From contig SKNY01000065.1 in assembly GCA_007123105.1 (NCBI GenBank), forward strand, positions 1 through 47,097: DNA of 47,097 nucleotides, written 5' to 3'. Each line of letters starts with the position of its first letter. Position 1 is the stretch's first letter. The notes below the pieces were generated by a model. The model searched no databases and was not told the DNA's origin. It saw only the letters and a list, made by a program, of their open reading frames with translations. This document shows positions 39,422 to 47,097 of the stretch, one piece after another. Made by a program: the position numbers and the translations under genes. Source of the DNA: Salinarchaeum sp. (GTDB lineage Archaea > Halobacteriota > Halobacteria > Halobacteriales > SKNY01).

Positions 39422-41074
39422 TCAGGACAGTTGTTTCACGACGTAAGGTCCGTCTTGTTTGTACCCGAGCTGCTCGCGATAGTACTGGCGGGCACCGATG
39501 CCACTGATTACACTCAGACGATCGTACCCGGCATCGGCCGCAATCTCCTCGGCCCGAAGCATGAGCGTCTTGCCGTGGCCCCGGTGCTGGTAGTCACCGC
39601 CGGCACCGATTTCGGCTTCTGCACCATAGACGTGTAACTCCCGGACAATCGCGGCGTTTGCAAGCTCGGTTCGGTGTGTGTCCCCCGGAAAGCGGAGGCG
39701 ACAGAATCCGACGAGAATGTCGGCATCGGGATCTTCGATGCTCAGGAAATGTTCGGTCCCACCGGCAGCCTCGTACGAGTGTTCGAGCAGCTCGAGCTGG
39801 TCTGGCGTCCCGTCTGCGTGGCCCACCTCGCGACACCGAATACAGCGACAACGACCACCCGACTCCGCCAGCCGTTCCCGCGCGAGCTGTCGGAGATTCG
39901 ATTTCCAGACGCCGGCCTCGATGAAATCAGCCGGGATATCGCGCTGGACGCGCTGGAGTCTGACATACGGTGGAATAGCTGCCTTGATCTCGGCGACAAG
40001 GTCGGCGGCCTCCTCATTCGTCAACGGTTCATATTCGCCCTCGCGCCACATGTCGTAGGTGCGTGTTCCGGCCACGACCAACGTTGGATAGATCTTGAGG
40101 TAATCCGGCCGCCATGTTGGATCCGCAAACAGTCGTTGGAAATCCTTCCGGTCCATCTCCGACGTCATGCCGGGTTGGCCTGGCATCATGTGGAAGCCGA
40201 CCTTAAAACCGGCGTCCCGGAGGCGTCGGTTGGCCATACGGGAGGCGGCCGTCCCGTGACCACGGTGCATGGCCCGGTTGATCTCGTCGTAGGTGGTCTG
40301 GACGCCGAGTTCGACCTTCGTGCCACCCAATCGCAACATGCGGTCAATCTGTTCGGTCCCACACCAATCCGGTTTGGTCTCAAACGTCGTCGCGACGTTC
40401 CGGACGGTGGCAGTTTCGTTGCGACTGATGACGTCCTCGAGGTACGCAAACGTATCGGCGGGATCCTGCCGCAGACGTGCTGGGTCGTCGACGTGAAGTC
40501 GCGTATCAGGGTCGAAGTCGTTCATCGCCTGCAAGGCCCGTCTGACGAACCAGGTCTGGTAATCGTGGCTCCGGGCAGTCATCGTACCACCCATGAGAAT
40601 TAGTTCGACCTTGTCGACCGGATGGCCAATCGTCCGGAGCTGGTGTAACCGGAGCGTCACTTGTGCGTACGGATCATACTCTGTTTGCACACCCCGGGCT
40701 GCCGCCGGTTCGTGACCGGTATAACTCTGTGCGCTCGAAAACTTCGATGCCGGCCCACCGGGACAGTACAAACACTTACCGTGGGGACACATTGCCGGGC
40801 TGGTCATAATGGCGACCGGAGAAACGCCAGAAGCCGTACGAACGGGTTTGCGGCTGATCACGGGCTCGACGGCATCAATTTCGTCGGATTGTGCGTGTTC
40901 GAGGATTTCGCCGTTGGTCGGTACCTTTGGGGATGCGTATTGTCCACATACCACCAATTTTTCTCGTTCGAGATCGTCCCGGTCGATCTCCCCGTCCACG
41001 ATGCGGCGGACCAGCTCCCGGCACGTCCGCTCGAACGCCTCTGACTCCTCTGCGGTCGCGCTGTCGGAGTGCAC
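39422..41074 (-). CDS. elp3: tRNA wobble-uridine modification radical SAM/GNAT enzyme Elp3
   Basis: KPVRTASGV, CPHGKCLYCPGG, SYTGHEP, LKIYPTLV, VRELHVYG, QHRGHG; GTG start at 41074 inferred. Confidence 0.94.
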   Translation of the reverse strand: MHSDSATAEESEAFERTCRELVRRIVDGEIDRDDLEREKLVVCGQYASPKVPTNGEILEHAQSDEIDAVEPVISRKPVRTASGVSPVAIMTSPAMCPHGKCLYCPGGPASKFSSAQSYTGHEPAAARGVQTEYDPYAQVTLRLHQLRTIGHPVDKVELILMGGTMTARSHDYQTWFVRRALQAMNDFDPDTRLHVDDPARLRQDPADTFAYLEDVISRNETATVRNVATTFETKPDWCGTEQIDRMLRLGGTKVELGVQTTYDEINRAMHRGHGTAASRMANRRLRDAGFKVGFHMMPGQPGMTSEMDRKDFQRLFADPTWRPDYLKIYPTLVVAGTRTYDMWREGEYEPLTNEEAADLVAEIKAAIPPYVRLQRVQRDIPADFIEAGVWKSNLRQLARERLAESGGRCRCIRCREVGHADGTPDQLELLEHSYEAAGGTEHFLSIEDPDADILVGFCRLRFPGDTHRTELANAAIVRELHVYGAEAEIGAGGDYQHRGHGKTLMLRAEEIAADAGYDRLSVISGIGARQYYREQLGYKQDGPYVVKQLS

Positions 41075-41117
41075 GCCTGTGATACGTTCGGGTCGATCGT
41101 CGAATAAGGATGTCGCC

Positions 41118-43016
41118 TCAACCAAGCGAATCGGTGATGGCCTCGACGATCGCTGTCCGGACGGTATCCCGCCGACCCGACAGAAATTGCATGCCGTGAC
41201 GTGATGGCTCGATCCCGGCATGAGGGACCGCAGCGGCCACACGGTCGATCACCGTCGGGAGCTCCGATGGCTCTGCGCCGGCGATCCAGCACTCATCGAC
41301 ACCGAGAACGACCGTGACTGAGGCCGCGTCTTCGTCCCGGTGCAACGCATCGGTCAGGACAGCTGCCGGCGGAAATTCGAATCGGTGAGTATCCTGCTCT
41401 GCATCGAGCATCACGAGATCGCCGCCAACGGTCGAGATTCGATCCACGTTTCGCCGGGCCGTCTCCAGAGCAGTCTCCAATCTGGCTCGGTACTGCGCAC
41501 TGATGTGGCCCGCAAGTTCCCTGGCGGCGTCGCCGTTGAAGAGAAGATCTTCGATGAGTTCGCGTTTGTCATCGTACCGCTGGTAGTACGCGATGAGGGC
41601 GATTGCGTCGTGTCGTTCGGTGAGAGCTTCATCGTCGTAACCGTGAGCAGCCGCGAGCTCGCGGTACACCGACGGTGGTTCCTCGTAACTCACCGCCGGC
41701 AGGTGTACAAACGAATCGGCGGCCTCGGGATCGACCAGTGCCCCGACAGTCGCTGCGACGGTTGTCGCCGACCGGTCGTCCTCGACCACTGCACGCACCC
41801 CAAACGAGAAATCAGCGGGTCGGGGGTTCGAATCGACGATCGCGCCGTCGACCCCGAACAGTTCGAGGAACTCAAGGGCGGCTGCATCCTCGGAATTCGA
41901 ACCGGCACCAACGAGGAGCACGAACGGTTGCGTGCCATCACGGTCGACGTCAAACATGGCATCACCCAGGTCATACGCCCCATCCCGAAGGGGACGGCGA
42001 CGAACGAGATGATAACGTTCGACTGTATCACCGTGTACCTGGTCTATCCACCCCGCTATGGCCCGTTCGAGCGCAGCGCCACCGACAACGCCATCGGCAG
42101 TCGCTGGGTGCCGAATGACGATTGGTGTCCGAACGATGACGGCGCGCCGAACGGCGGTGGCGACTGCGGCAACGTCGTCCATCAGTTTCTGGATGACCGG
42201 GTCTTCGACAAGGGGTTCAACCGCGTCCGGCTGGGCGCGTTCGACGAGCGCCGAATCGATCCGACCCTTGAGATCATCGGCGGCCGCCTCCTCGAGGAGT
42301 GCGATCTCATCGCTTTCGATCTGAATGTCGCCGCGATGTCGTTCGACGACACCGAGGACTTCGACCGCATCGTCTGCAGTGATTGACGGATACGCGCGGA
42401 CTCCTGCGGACTCGAAGGCGGCGATCTCGGCCGTACCGGTCTCGTCGCGTATCGAAAAGATCGTCGGTCCACTCGTTTGCCTGACGTTCGCTACGACGCC
42501 TTCGATCATCACACTCGAACCAACGGCATCGTCGAGCTGTTCGATCGGGACACGTTCGACCGATTCCGTGCTCGCAGTTGCGTCCTCGGTCGGTTGTTCG
42601 GGCTGTTCTGTGGTGGTGAGTGGTTGCTCGTCGGTCGCTGGTTCGGCCTGTGGTGCGGCGGAGGTCGGTTCTCCCTCGGGCTCCGCGTCCGCATTGGGAT
42701 CGTGGACCGATTCGCCACGGAATTCTGAATCCGACTGACGGATCGACCACGCGAGGTCAACGTTACCGTTGTTCTGGACGTTTTCGACCTGGACGATGAC
42801 TTCGTCGCCCTCGGACCAACCTAGGTTTTCCAGTCGCGTATCGAGTTGGCTGCGGTGTAACAACCCAGTGACGGAGTCGCCGATGCGAACGAATACCCCG
42901 AAATCAGCGTATCCATCGACCGTTCCCCGATAAAACCGACCGGCCTCGAGTTCGGCCGCTTCGGATCCGCGAAACTCAAAGAGGATGTCCTCTTCGTGAA
43001 GGTTATCCCAAGTCAT
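41118..43016 (-). CDS. RecJ-like S1/OB-fold protein with a degenerate DHH domain
   Basis: S1 domain (YRGTVDGYADFGVFV...GLLHRS), OB fold (RQTSGPTIF.IRDETG), RH.A.ADG; no DHH triad visible; GGAGGT Shine-Dalgarno before the ATG. Confidence 0.8.
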   Translation of the reverse strand: MTWDNLHEEDILFEFRGSEAAELEAGRFYRGTVDGYADFGVFVRIGDSVTGLLHRSQLDTRLENLGWSEGDEVIVQVENVQNNGNVDLAWSIRQSDSEFRGESVHDPNADAEPEGEPTSAAPQAEPATDEQPLTTTEQPEQPTEDATASTESVERVPIEQLDDAVGSSVMIEGVVANVRQTSGPTIFSIRDETGTAEIAAFESAGVRAYPSITADDAVEVLGVVERHRGDIQIESDEIALLEEAAADDLKGRIDSALVERAQPDAVEPLVEDPVIQKLMDDVAAVATAVRRAVIVRTPIVIRHPATADGVVGGAALERAIAGWIDQVHGDTVERYHLVRRRPLRDGAYDLGDAMFDVDRDGTQPFVLLVGAGSNSEDAAALEFLELFGVDGAIVDSNPRPADFSFGVRAVVEDDRSATTVAATVGALVDPEAADSFVHLPAVSYEEPPSVYRELAAAHGYDDEALTERHDAIALIAYYQRYDDKRELIEDLLFNGDAARELAGHISAQYRARLETALETARRNVDRISTVGGDLVMLDAEQDTHRFEFPPAAVLTDALHRDEDAASVTVVLGVDECWIAGAEPSELPTVIDRVAAAVPHAGIEPSRHGMQFLSGRRDTVRTAIVEAITDSLG

Positions 43017-43163
43017 CTCGGGACCTCCGTGAATGACATCAGGTCACTGCCACCGGCGACTGTCCGGGCCAGAGCACAATACAACGGAAAACACGGAATA
43101 CCGTACGAACTCATTGTCACAGAGGTCAGCCCGGACGTTAAAACGGTTGTCGAATCGTCACCG

Positions 43164-43433
43164 TCATCCGAAGCCCTCGACATCGCCTTGTTCAGCGACA
43201 TACGCGAGACCGTCGACGAGTGCCTCGGCTTCTTCGGGAAAGAGTGCGACCTCGATCTCGTTTCCCTCATCGTCTGCAAACGCGAGCTTCACTCGATTAT
43301 CACCGAACGGACGGGCCGTCGCTGCAGACACATCGTACAGCTTGACAGTAGCTGCTTTCGTTTGGGCGCCAACGTTCTGAACTGAGCCTTGCTTGAGCTG
43401 AATCAAGAAGTCGACGAGCTCGAGCGTGAGCAT
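43164..43433 (-). CDS. Conserved hypothetical protein
   Basis: MLTLELVDFLIQLKQGSVQNVG...ATVKLYDV...FGD.RVKL; acidic. Confidence 0.65.
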   Translation of the reverse strand: MLTLELVDFLIQLKQGSVQNVGAQTKAATVKLYDVSAATARPFGDNRVKLAFADDEGNEIEVALFPEEAEALVDGLAYVAEQGDVEGFG

Positions 43434-43471
43434 GGCCACAAATCACCTGGCGAGAAGAAAACCGCTCCGGC

Positions 43472-44059
43472 TTACCGGTGGGCAGCACCCACGTTCTCCT
43501 CACTCTCGAAGGAGTGCTGGTGGGGTGAGATGCGGGCATACTCGACCGCCCGTTCGCCGAGTTCGACGACACGCTCCTCGATCGCCTCGTCGGTGAATCT
43601 ATCGCCCTCGATGACCGTCCGTGCTCGTGGGACTGCGACCTCCCATGGCAAGACCCACGCGTTCAACGATCGACACACAGATCGCAAATGTTCGAGAGCC
43701 GTGATCGGGAACCGACCCCCGGCAACAGCGAGTAAGCCGACGGTCGCATCTTCGAATTCGTCGAACCCGCAGTGGTCAATCATGTTCTTGAGCACCCCGG
43801 AGTACGAGCCATGGTACATTGGGGTACCAAGCAGAATGGCATCACTTGCAGCGACGACGTCGCGCAACCGCTCGACATCGCCGGCCGCAGCCGCATCGGG
43901 ATCGAGTAAGGGGATATCGAGCGAACGACCCTCGAGATGAGTCGTCTCCGCACCGGCAGTGGCGCTCGCTGTCAACGCCCGCTCGATTGCAACATGGGTA
44001 TAACTGCCAGCTCGGCGACTACCGCTCAATCCGACGACGCGAATGGGTCCGTCGGTCAT
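43472..44059 (-). CDS. NADPH-dependent FMN reductase
   Basis: GLSGSRRAGSYT, GTPMYHGSYSGVLKNMID, AGG; TATA-like GTTAAG at 44083-44088. Confidence 0.9.
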   Translation of the reverse strand: MTDGPIRVVGLSGSRRAGSYTHVAIERALTASATAGAETTHLEGRSLDIPLLDPDAAAAGDVERLRDVVAASDAILLGTPMYHGSYSGVLKNMIDHCGFDEFEDATVGLLAVAGGRFPITALEHLRSVCRSLNAWVLPWEVAVPRARTVIEGDRFTDEAIEERVVELGERAVEYARISPHQHSFESEENVGAAHR

Positions 44060-44283
44060 ACGGACACGAGCACGCATCGGTGCTTAACGATTGTTGGTCA
44101 TATGACCGACTACCAGCAGGCACTCCAATCCAGTTTCCGTGAAATCAGTTCCGATGAATTGATTCTGTGCTCGCCCGTAAGCCGTCCGACCAAGTACCCG
44201 CAGGACACTCGGGCGGTCAACGGCTTCATTGAATCGCCCCGAGGATGACGGCTGTGTACCAGCTAGGCGTGTCGGTGTGCATC

Positions 44284-44306
44284 GCCTCGGGGTCAAGCCC
44301 CGAGGC
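44284..44306. repeat. Perfect 9-bp palindrome GCCTCGGGG-TCAAG-CCCCGAGGC (IS200/IS605 end-like)
   Basis: Seen directly; stem and loop resemble haloarchaeal IS605-family ends; no transposase nearby. Confidence 0.65.
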
Positions 44307-44404
44307 ACTGTCTTCCTTATCTGTAACACGGTGCGGACTCGTCGGACCCGAAGCGGCAAAGGCGTGCGTCGATCGCACCCCGTAGCCAAGCACGCCGACG
44401 ACGC

Positions 44405-45340
44405 CTACGAATCGTAACCGGAGCTAGCAAGCCGAACAATCGTCGTCCCAACGTCATTCTCCTCGAGTTCGACCAGCCCATCATCAGCAAGGTCATTCAC
44501 TACCCCGCACAACCAGTCTCGACCAAACTCACCTGCTGGATCGTAATCGACACGAACTGTTCGACCTAGTGTATCCAGTGCCACCGGCTCGCCTGAAGTC
44601 AGCGCCCGGACGATTCGGCCTCGATACTGGCGGCGGCTTCCGGCAAAGGCAGCCTGTGTCGGGACGTCCGGTGCCCGAAAGTCACCGGTGTCGTACGCCC
44701 GACACGAGTCCTGCCAGGGACACTCCTCGCAATTCGGATCGGCAGTACAAACCGTGGCACCGAGTTCCATGATGGCATTGTTCCAGGTGCGTGAGCGTCC
44801 TGGGGGGAGCAATACATCAGCCACCGCGCCGTGCGTGGGTGGCTCATCAGCGGTGTCCATCGCGAGCAACCGGTGAACGACTCGCTTGACGTTCGTGTCC
44901 ACGACAGCGCCGCCGGCGTTGAACGCGAAACTTGCCACTGCATTGGCTGTATAGGGACCGACACCCGGTAATTCCTCTAAGGACGCTGGATCCTCGGGTA
45001 TCTCGCCGTCCCACGCCTCCACGATTTGAACGGCGGCCTCGTGCAGATACCGCGCACGTCGATTGTATCCCAATCGATGTGATGACCAGAACGCGATCAC
45101 CACGTCGACTCTCGTAGCCGCAAGCGAGTGGATGTCCGGCCATCGGTCGAGAAATGCCGTCCAGGCCTCCTCGACGCGAGAAAGTTGGGTCTGCTGGCTC
45201 ATGACCTCCATGACCAGAATCGCGAACGGATCCGTCGTCTCCCGCCATGGAAACGACCGTTTGTGTATTTCATACCAGTCGACCAACTGATCCTGCAGAT
45301 CAGAGGCCGGAGCGGGAAGGTCGACGTCAGCCGCGGTCAT
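44405..45340 (-). CDS. mutY: A/G-specific adenine glycosylase (HhH-GPD)
   Basis: FPWR, EVMSQQTQ, LGYNRRA, LPGVGPYTANAV, VDTNVKRV, FeS motif CTADPNCEECPWQDSC. Confidence 0.93.
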   Translation of the reverse strand: MTAADVDLPAPASDLQDQLVDWYEIHKRSFPWRETTDPFAILVMEVMSQQTQLSRVEEAWTAFLDRWPDIHSLAATRVDVVIAFWSSHRLGYNRRARYLHEAAVQIVEAWDGEIPEDPASLEELPGVGPYTANAVASFAFNAGGAVVDTNVKRVVHRLLAMDTADEPPTHGAVADVLLPPGRSRTWNNAIMELGATVCTADPNCEECPWQDSCRAYDTGDFRAPDVPTQAAFAGSRRQYRGRIVRALTSGEPVALDTLGRTVRVDYDPAGEFGRDWLCGVVNDLADDGLVELEENDVGTTIVRLASSGYDS

Positions 45341-45434
45341 GACCGTCTCCGCTCGCTCACGTTACTACACGGTTTCGAGTTTCGTCGCACGCCAGGTCGA
45401 AAGGGGTATGGGGCCAATGCTAATAGCACAGGTT

Positions 45435-45761
45435 ATGAGTCTCGATGAGCTCTCCAGCGAGATTGAAGCCGAATACGATGCGCTCCCCGATGAAATGACG
45501 GTCGCTCTCGATCGACAATCGAAAAACGAACTCGCCTTTCTACAGACCGTGCTCGGCACCGAAGAGACCGACGAACTGCTTCGCCGCGCGATTCACTTGC
45601 TCTTTCAGTCGACCGTCGACGTGGGTGGAATGGATTTCCACCTACGTCAATCATTCGACATCACATACGACGAATATCTATCAGGGATGACCTACGATGA
45701 GATGCGAGGAGGCGGCAGCTACCAGCCGCCAACTGAAGACGATCGACGATATCAATTCTGA
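45435..45761 (+). CDS. Conserved haloarchaeal hypothetical protein
   Basis: MSLDEL...LDR...NELA.L...ELLRRAIHLLFQ..V...DFHLR...TYDEYLSGMTYDEM. Confidence 0.72.
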   Translation: MSLDELSSEIEAEYDALPDEMTVALDRQSKNELAFLQTVLGTEETDELLRRAIHLLFQSTVDVGGMDFHLRQSFDITYDEYLSGMTYDEMRGGGSYQPPTEDDRRYQF

Positions 45762-45782
45762 GACGGTACGGCCGGTGGGGAG

Positions 45783-46064
45783 TTAATTATCCTCGTTCAG
45801 ATACTTCGCTTCCCATTCCTTCCGTGCCTCGATCTCCCGATGACCCCGTCGCGTAACCGTATAGTAGTTGGTCCGTCGGTCACGTTGACCCTTTTCTACG
45901 AGACCTTTCTCGACTAACGTATCGAGATTCGGGTAGAGACGTCCGTGGTGAATTTCGCGTTCGTAGTACTCCTCGAGTTCGTCCTTAATTGCAAGGCCAT
46001 GTGGCTCGTCCTTGCCGCCGATGACATAAAGGAGATCCCGCTGGAATCCCGTCAAGTCGTGCAT
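45783..46064 (-). CDS. PadR-family (RosR-like) winged-helix regulator
   Basis: MHDLTGFQRDLL, PHGLAIKDELE.YY..EIHHGRLYPNLD.LV..GLV.KG..DRRTN.Y. Confidence 0.92.
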   Translation of the reverse strand: MHDLTGFQRDLLYVIGGKDEPHGLAIKDELEEYYEREIHHGRLYPNLDTLVEKGLVEKGQRDRRTNYYTVTRRGHREIEARKEWEAKYLNEDN

Positions 46065-46401
46065 TGGGAATGACCATTCGATAATTCGTTTCGGTTTACA
46101 ATAAAAATGTCGGGTTGTAAGTCAAAACTTCGATCGAACCGGCCCGCACGGACGAGGACTTGACGTCCAGTGGGTTTCGAACGTGGTCCCGATTGACGAA
46201 AGTATACTCGTCAAATGAACATGTCTGTAACTGTTCGACTTGGCACTCATCAAGTATCGTGCGGAAATGGTAAGCAAGCTTCGCCAAAATCGGCGAAACT
46301 CGCTTGCCGCCCTGAATTGGTCCCCGCTGACGCTTCGGCCCTCCAAAGCGAAGCGTCACCTGAAGATAGCCACTGGCAGCGTAATAAAACTAACGGATGC
46401 G

Positions 46402-47097
46402 TCAGGACATGATCGTCGGCAGATCGACCTCGAGATCTCGACGTGCAGCAGCAGCCTTGACGGTATTGTACAACAGCATCGCGATGGTCATCGGGCCCAC
46501 CCCACCGGGCACTGGCGTCAGATGTGCTGCCTTTCGTTCGACACTCTCGAACTCGACGTCGCCAACGAGTTTGTATCCTTTCTCGGTGTCGGCATCGACC
46601 CGGTTGACGCCAACATCGATGACGGTGGCGCCGGCATCGACCATCGATCCATCGATCAGTTCGGGAACGCCGGCCGCGGCGATCACGATGTCAGCACCCG
46701 TCGTGTGCGCGGCGAGGTCGCGCGTTCGAGAGTGACAGACGGTGACGGTCGCGTTTCCCCCGGCAGCCTTCTGGATCAGCATGTTCGCCAAGGGCTTGCC
46801 GACGATCATCGAGCGTCCGACGATGGTCACGTCCTTCCCAGCCGGGTCGACACCAGCCTCGGCCAATAACCGGAGAACTCCGTGGGGGGTACACGGCAGG
46901 AACCGGGGATTGCCAGCAACGAGTCGCCCCACATTCTCGGGATGGAACCCGTCGACATCCTTTGTCGGATCGACCCGTTCGAGCACGGGATCAGTATCCA
47001 CGTGCTCGGGAACCGGCATCTGAACGAGAATGCCGTCGACATTCTCGTCCGCGTTTAATTCATCAATCGTGTCTAACAGCACCGCGGCAGAATCATC
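46402..47097 (-). CDS. folD: Methylenetetrahydrofolate dehydrogenase/cyclohydrolase (5' truncated by the window)
   Basis: [46 protein letters not shown]. Confidence 0.96.
   Translation of the reverse strand, partial: DDSAAVLLDTIDELNADENVDGILVQMPVPEHVDTDPVLERVDPTKDVDGFHPENVGRLVAGNPRFLPCTPHGVLRLLAEAGVDPAGKDVTIVGRSMIVGKPLANMLIQKAAGGNATVTVCHSRTRDLAAHTTGADIVIAAAGVPELIDGSMVDAGATVIDVGVNRVDADTEKGYKLVGDVEFESVERKAAHLTPVPGGVGPMTIAMLLYNTVKAAAARRDLEVDLPTIMS

Noticed and set aside
1-47097. CRISPR array, cas genes, prophage or defence island
   Set aside because: No regularly spaced direct repeats and no cas, integrase, capsid or restriction genes were seen; the CARF-like gene stands alone

Overview
A 47 kb stretch of haloarchaeal (Halobacteria) chromosome, judged from acidic proteins, about 60% GC by eye, TATA boxes about 25-30 nt before leaderless ATGs, and archaeal marker genes (DnaG, Pelota, Elp3, L37e, GuaAb). 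It is mostly core housekeeping: the end of an Mrp antiporter operon, dnaG, pdxS, thrB, carB/carA, idi, pspA, pyrG-guaAb, tatA, thrS-pheS-pheT, purF, rpl37e, a co-oriented recJ-like/elp3/rqcH/pelota/lhr block, mutY, a PadR regulator, folD and two tRNAs (Arg-CCT, Gly-TCC). The only clear accessory element is a tnpB-only IS200/IS605 (IS1341-type) insertion at about 4792-6235. Its RuvC-I Asp is replaced by Gly and its C-terminus is frameshifted. Its empty site can be reconstructed inside the overlap of two convergent genes, which predicts a TTCAC target motif and a guide antisense to a CARF-like regulator gene. Other points of interest: a run of five hairpins between tatA and thrS (candidate ncRNA), rpl37e without its usual lsm partner, several small ORFs below the ORF-track cutoff, and a solo IS605-like palindrome. 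I found no CRISPR array, prophage or defence island. I cannot claim a demonstrably new system. All family assignments come from motif recognition, not database searches.
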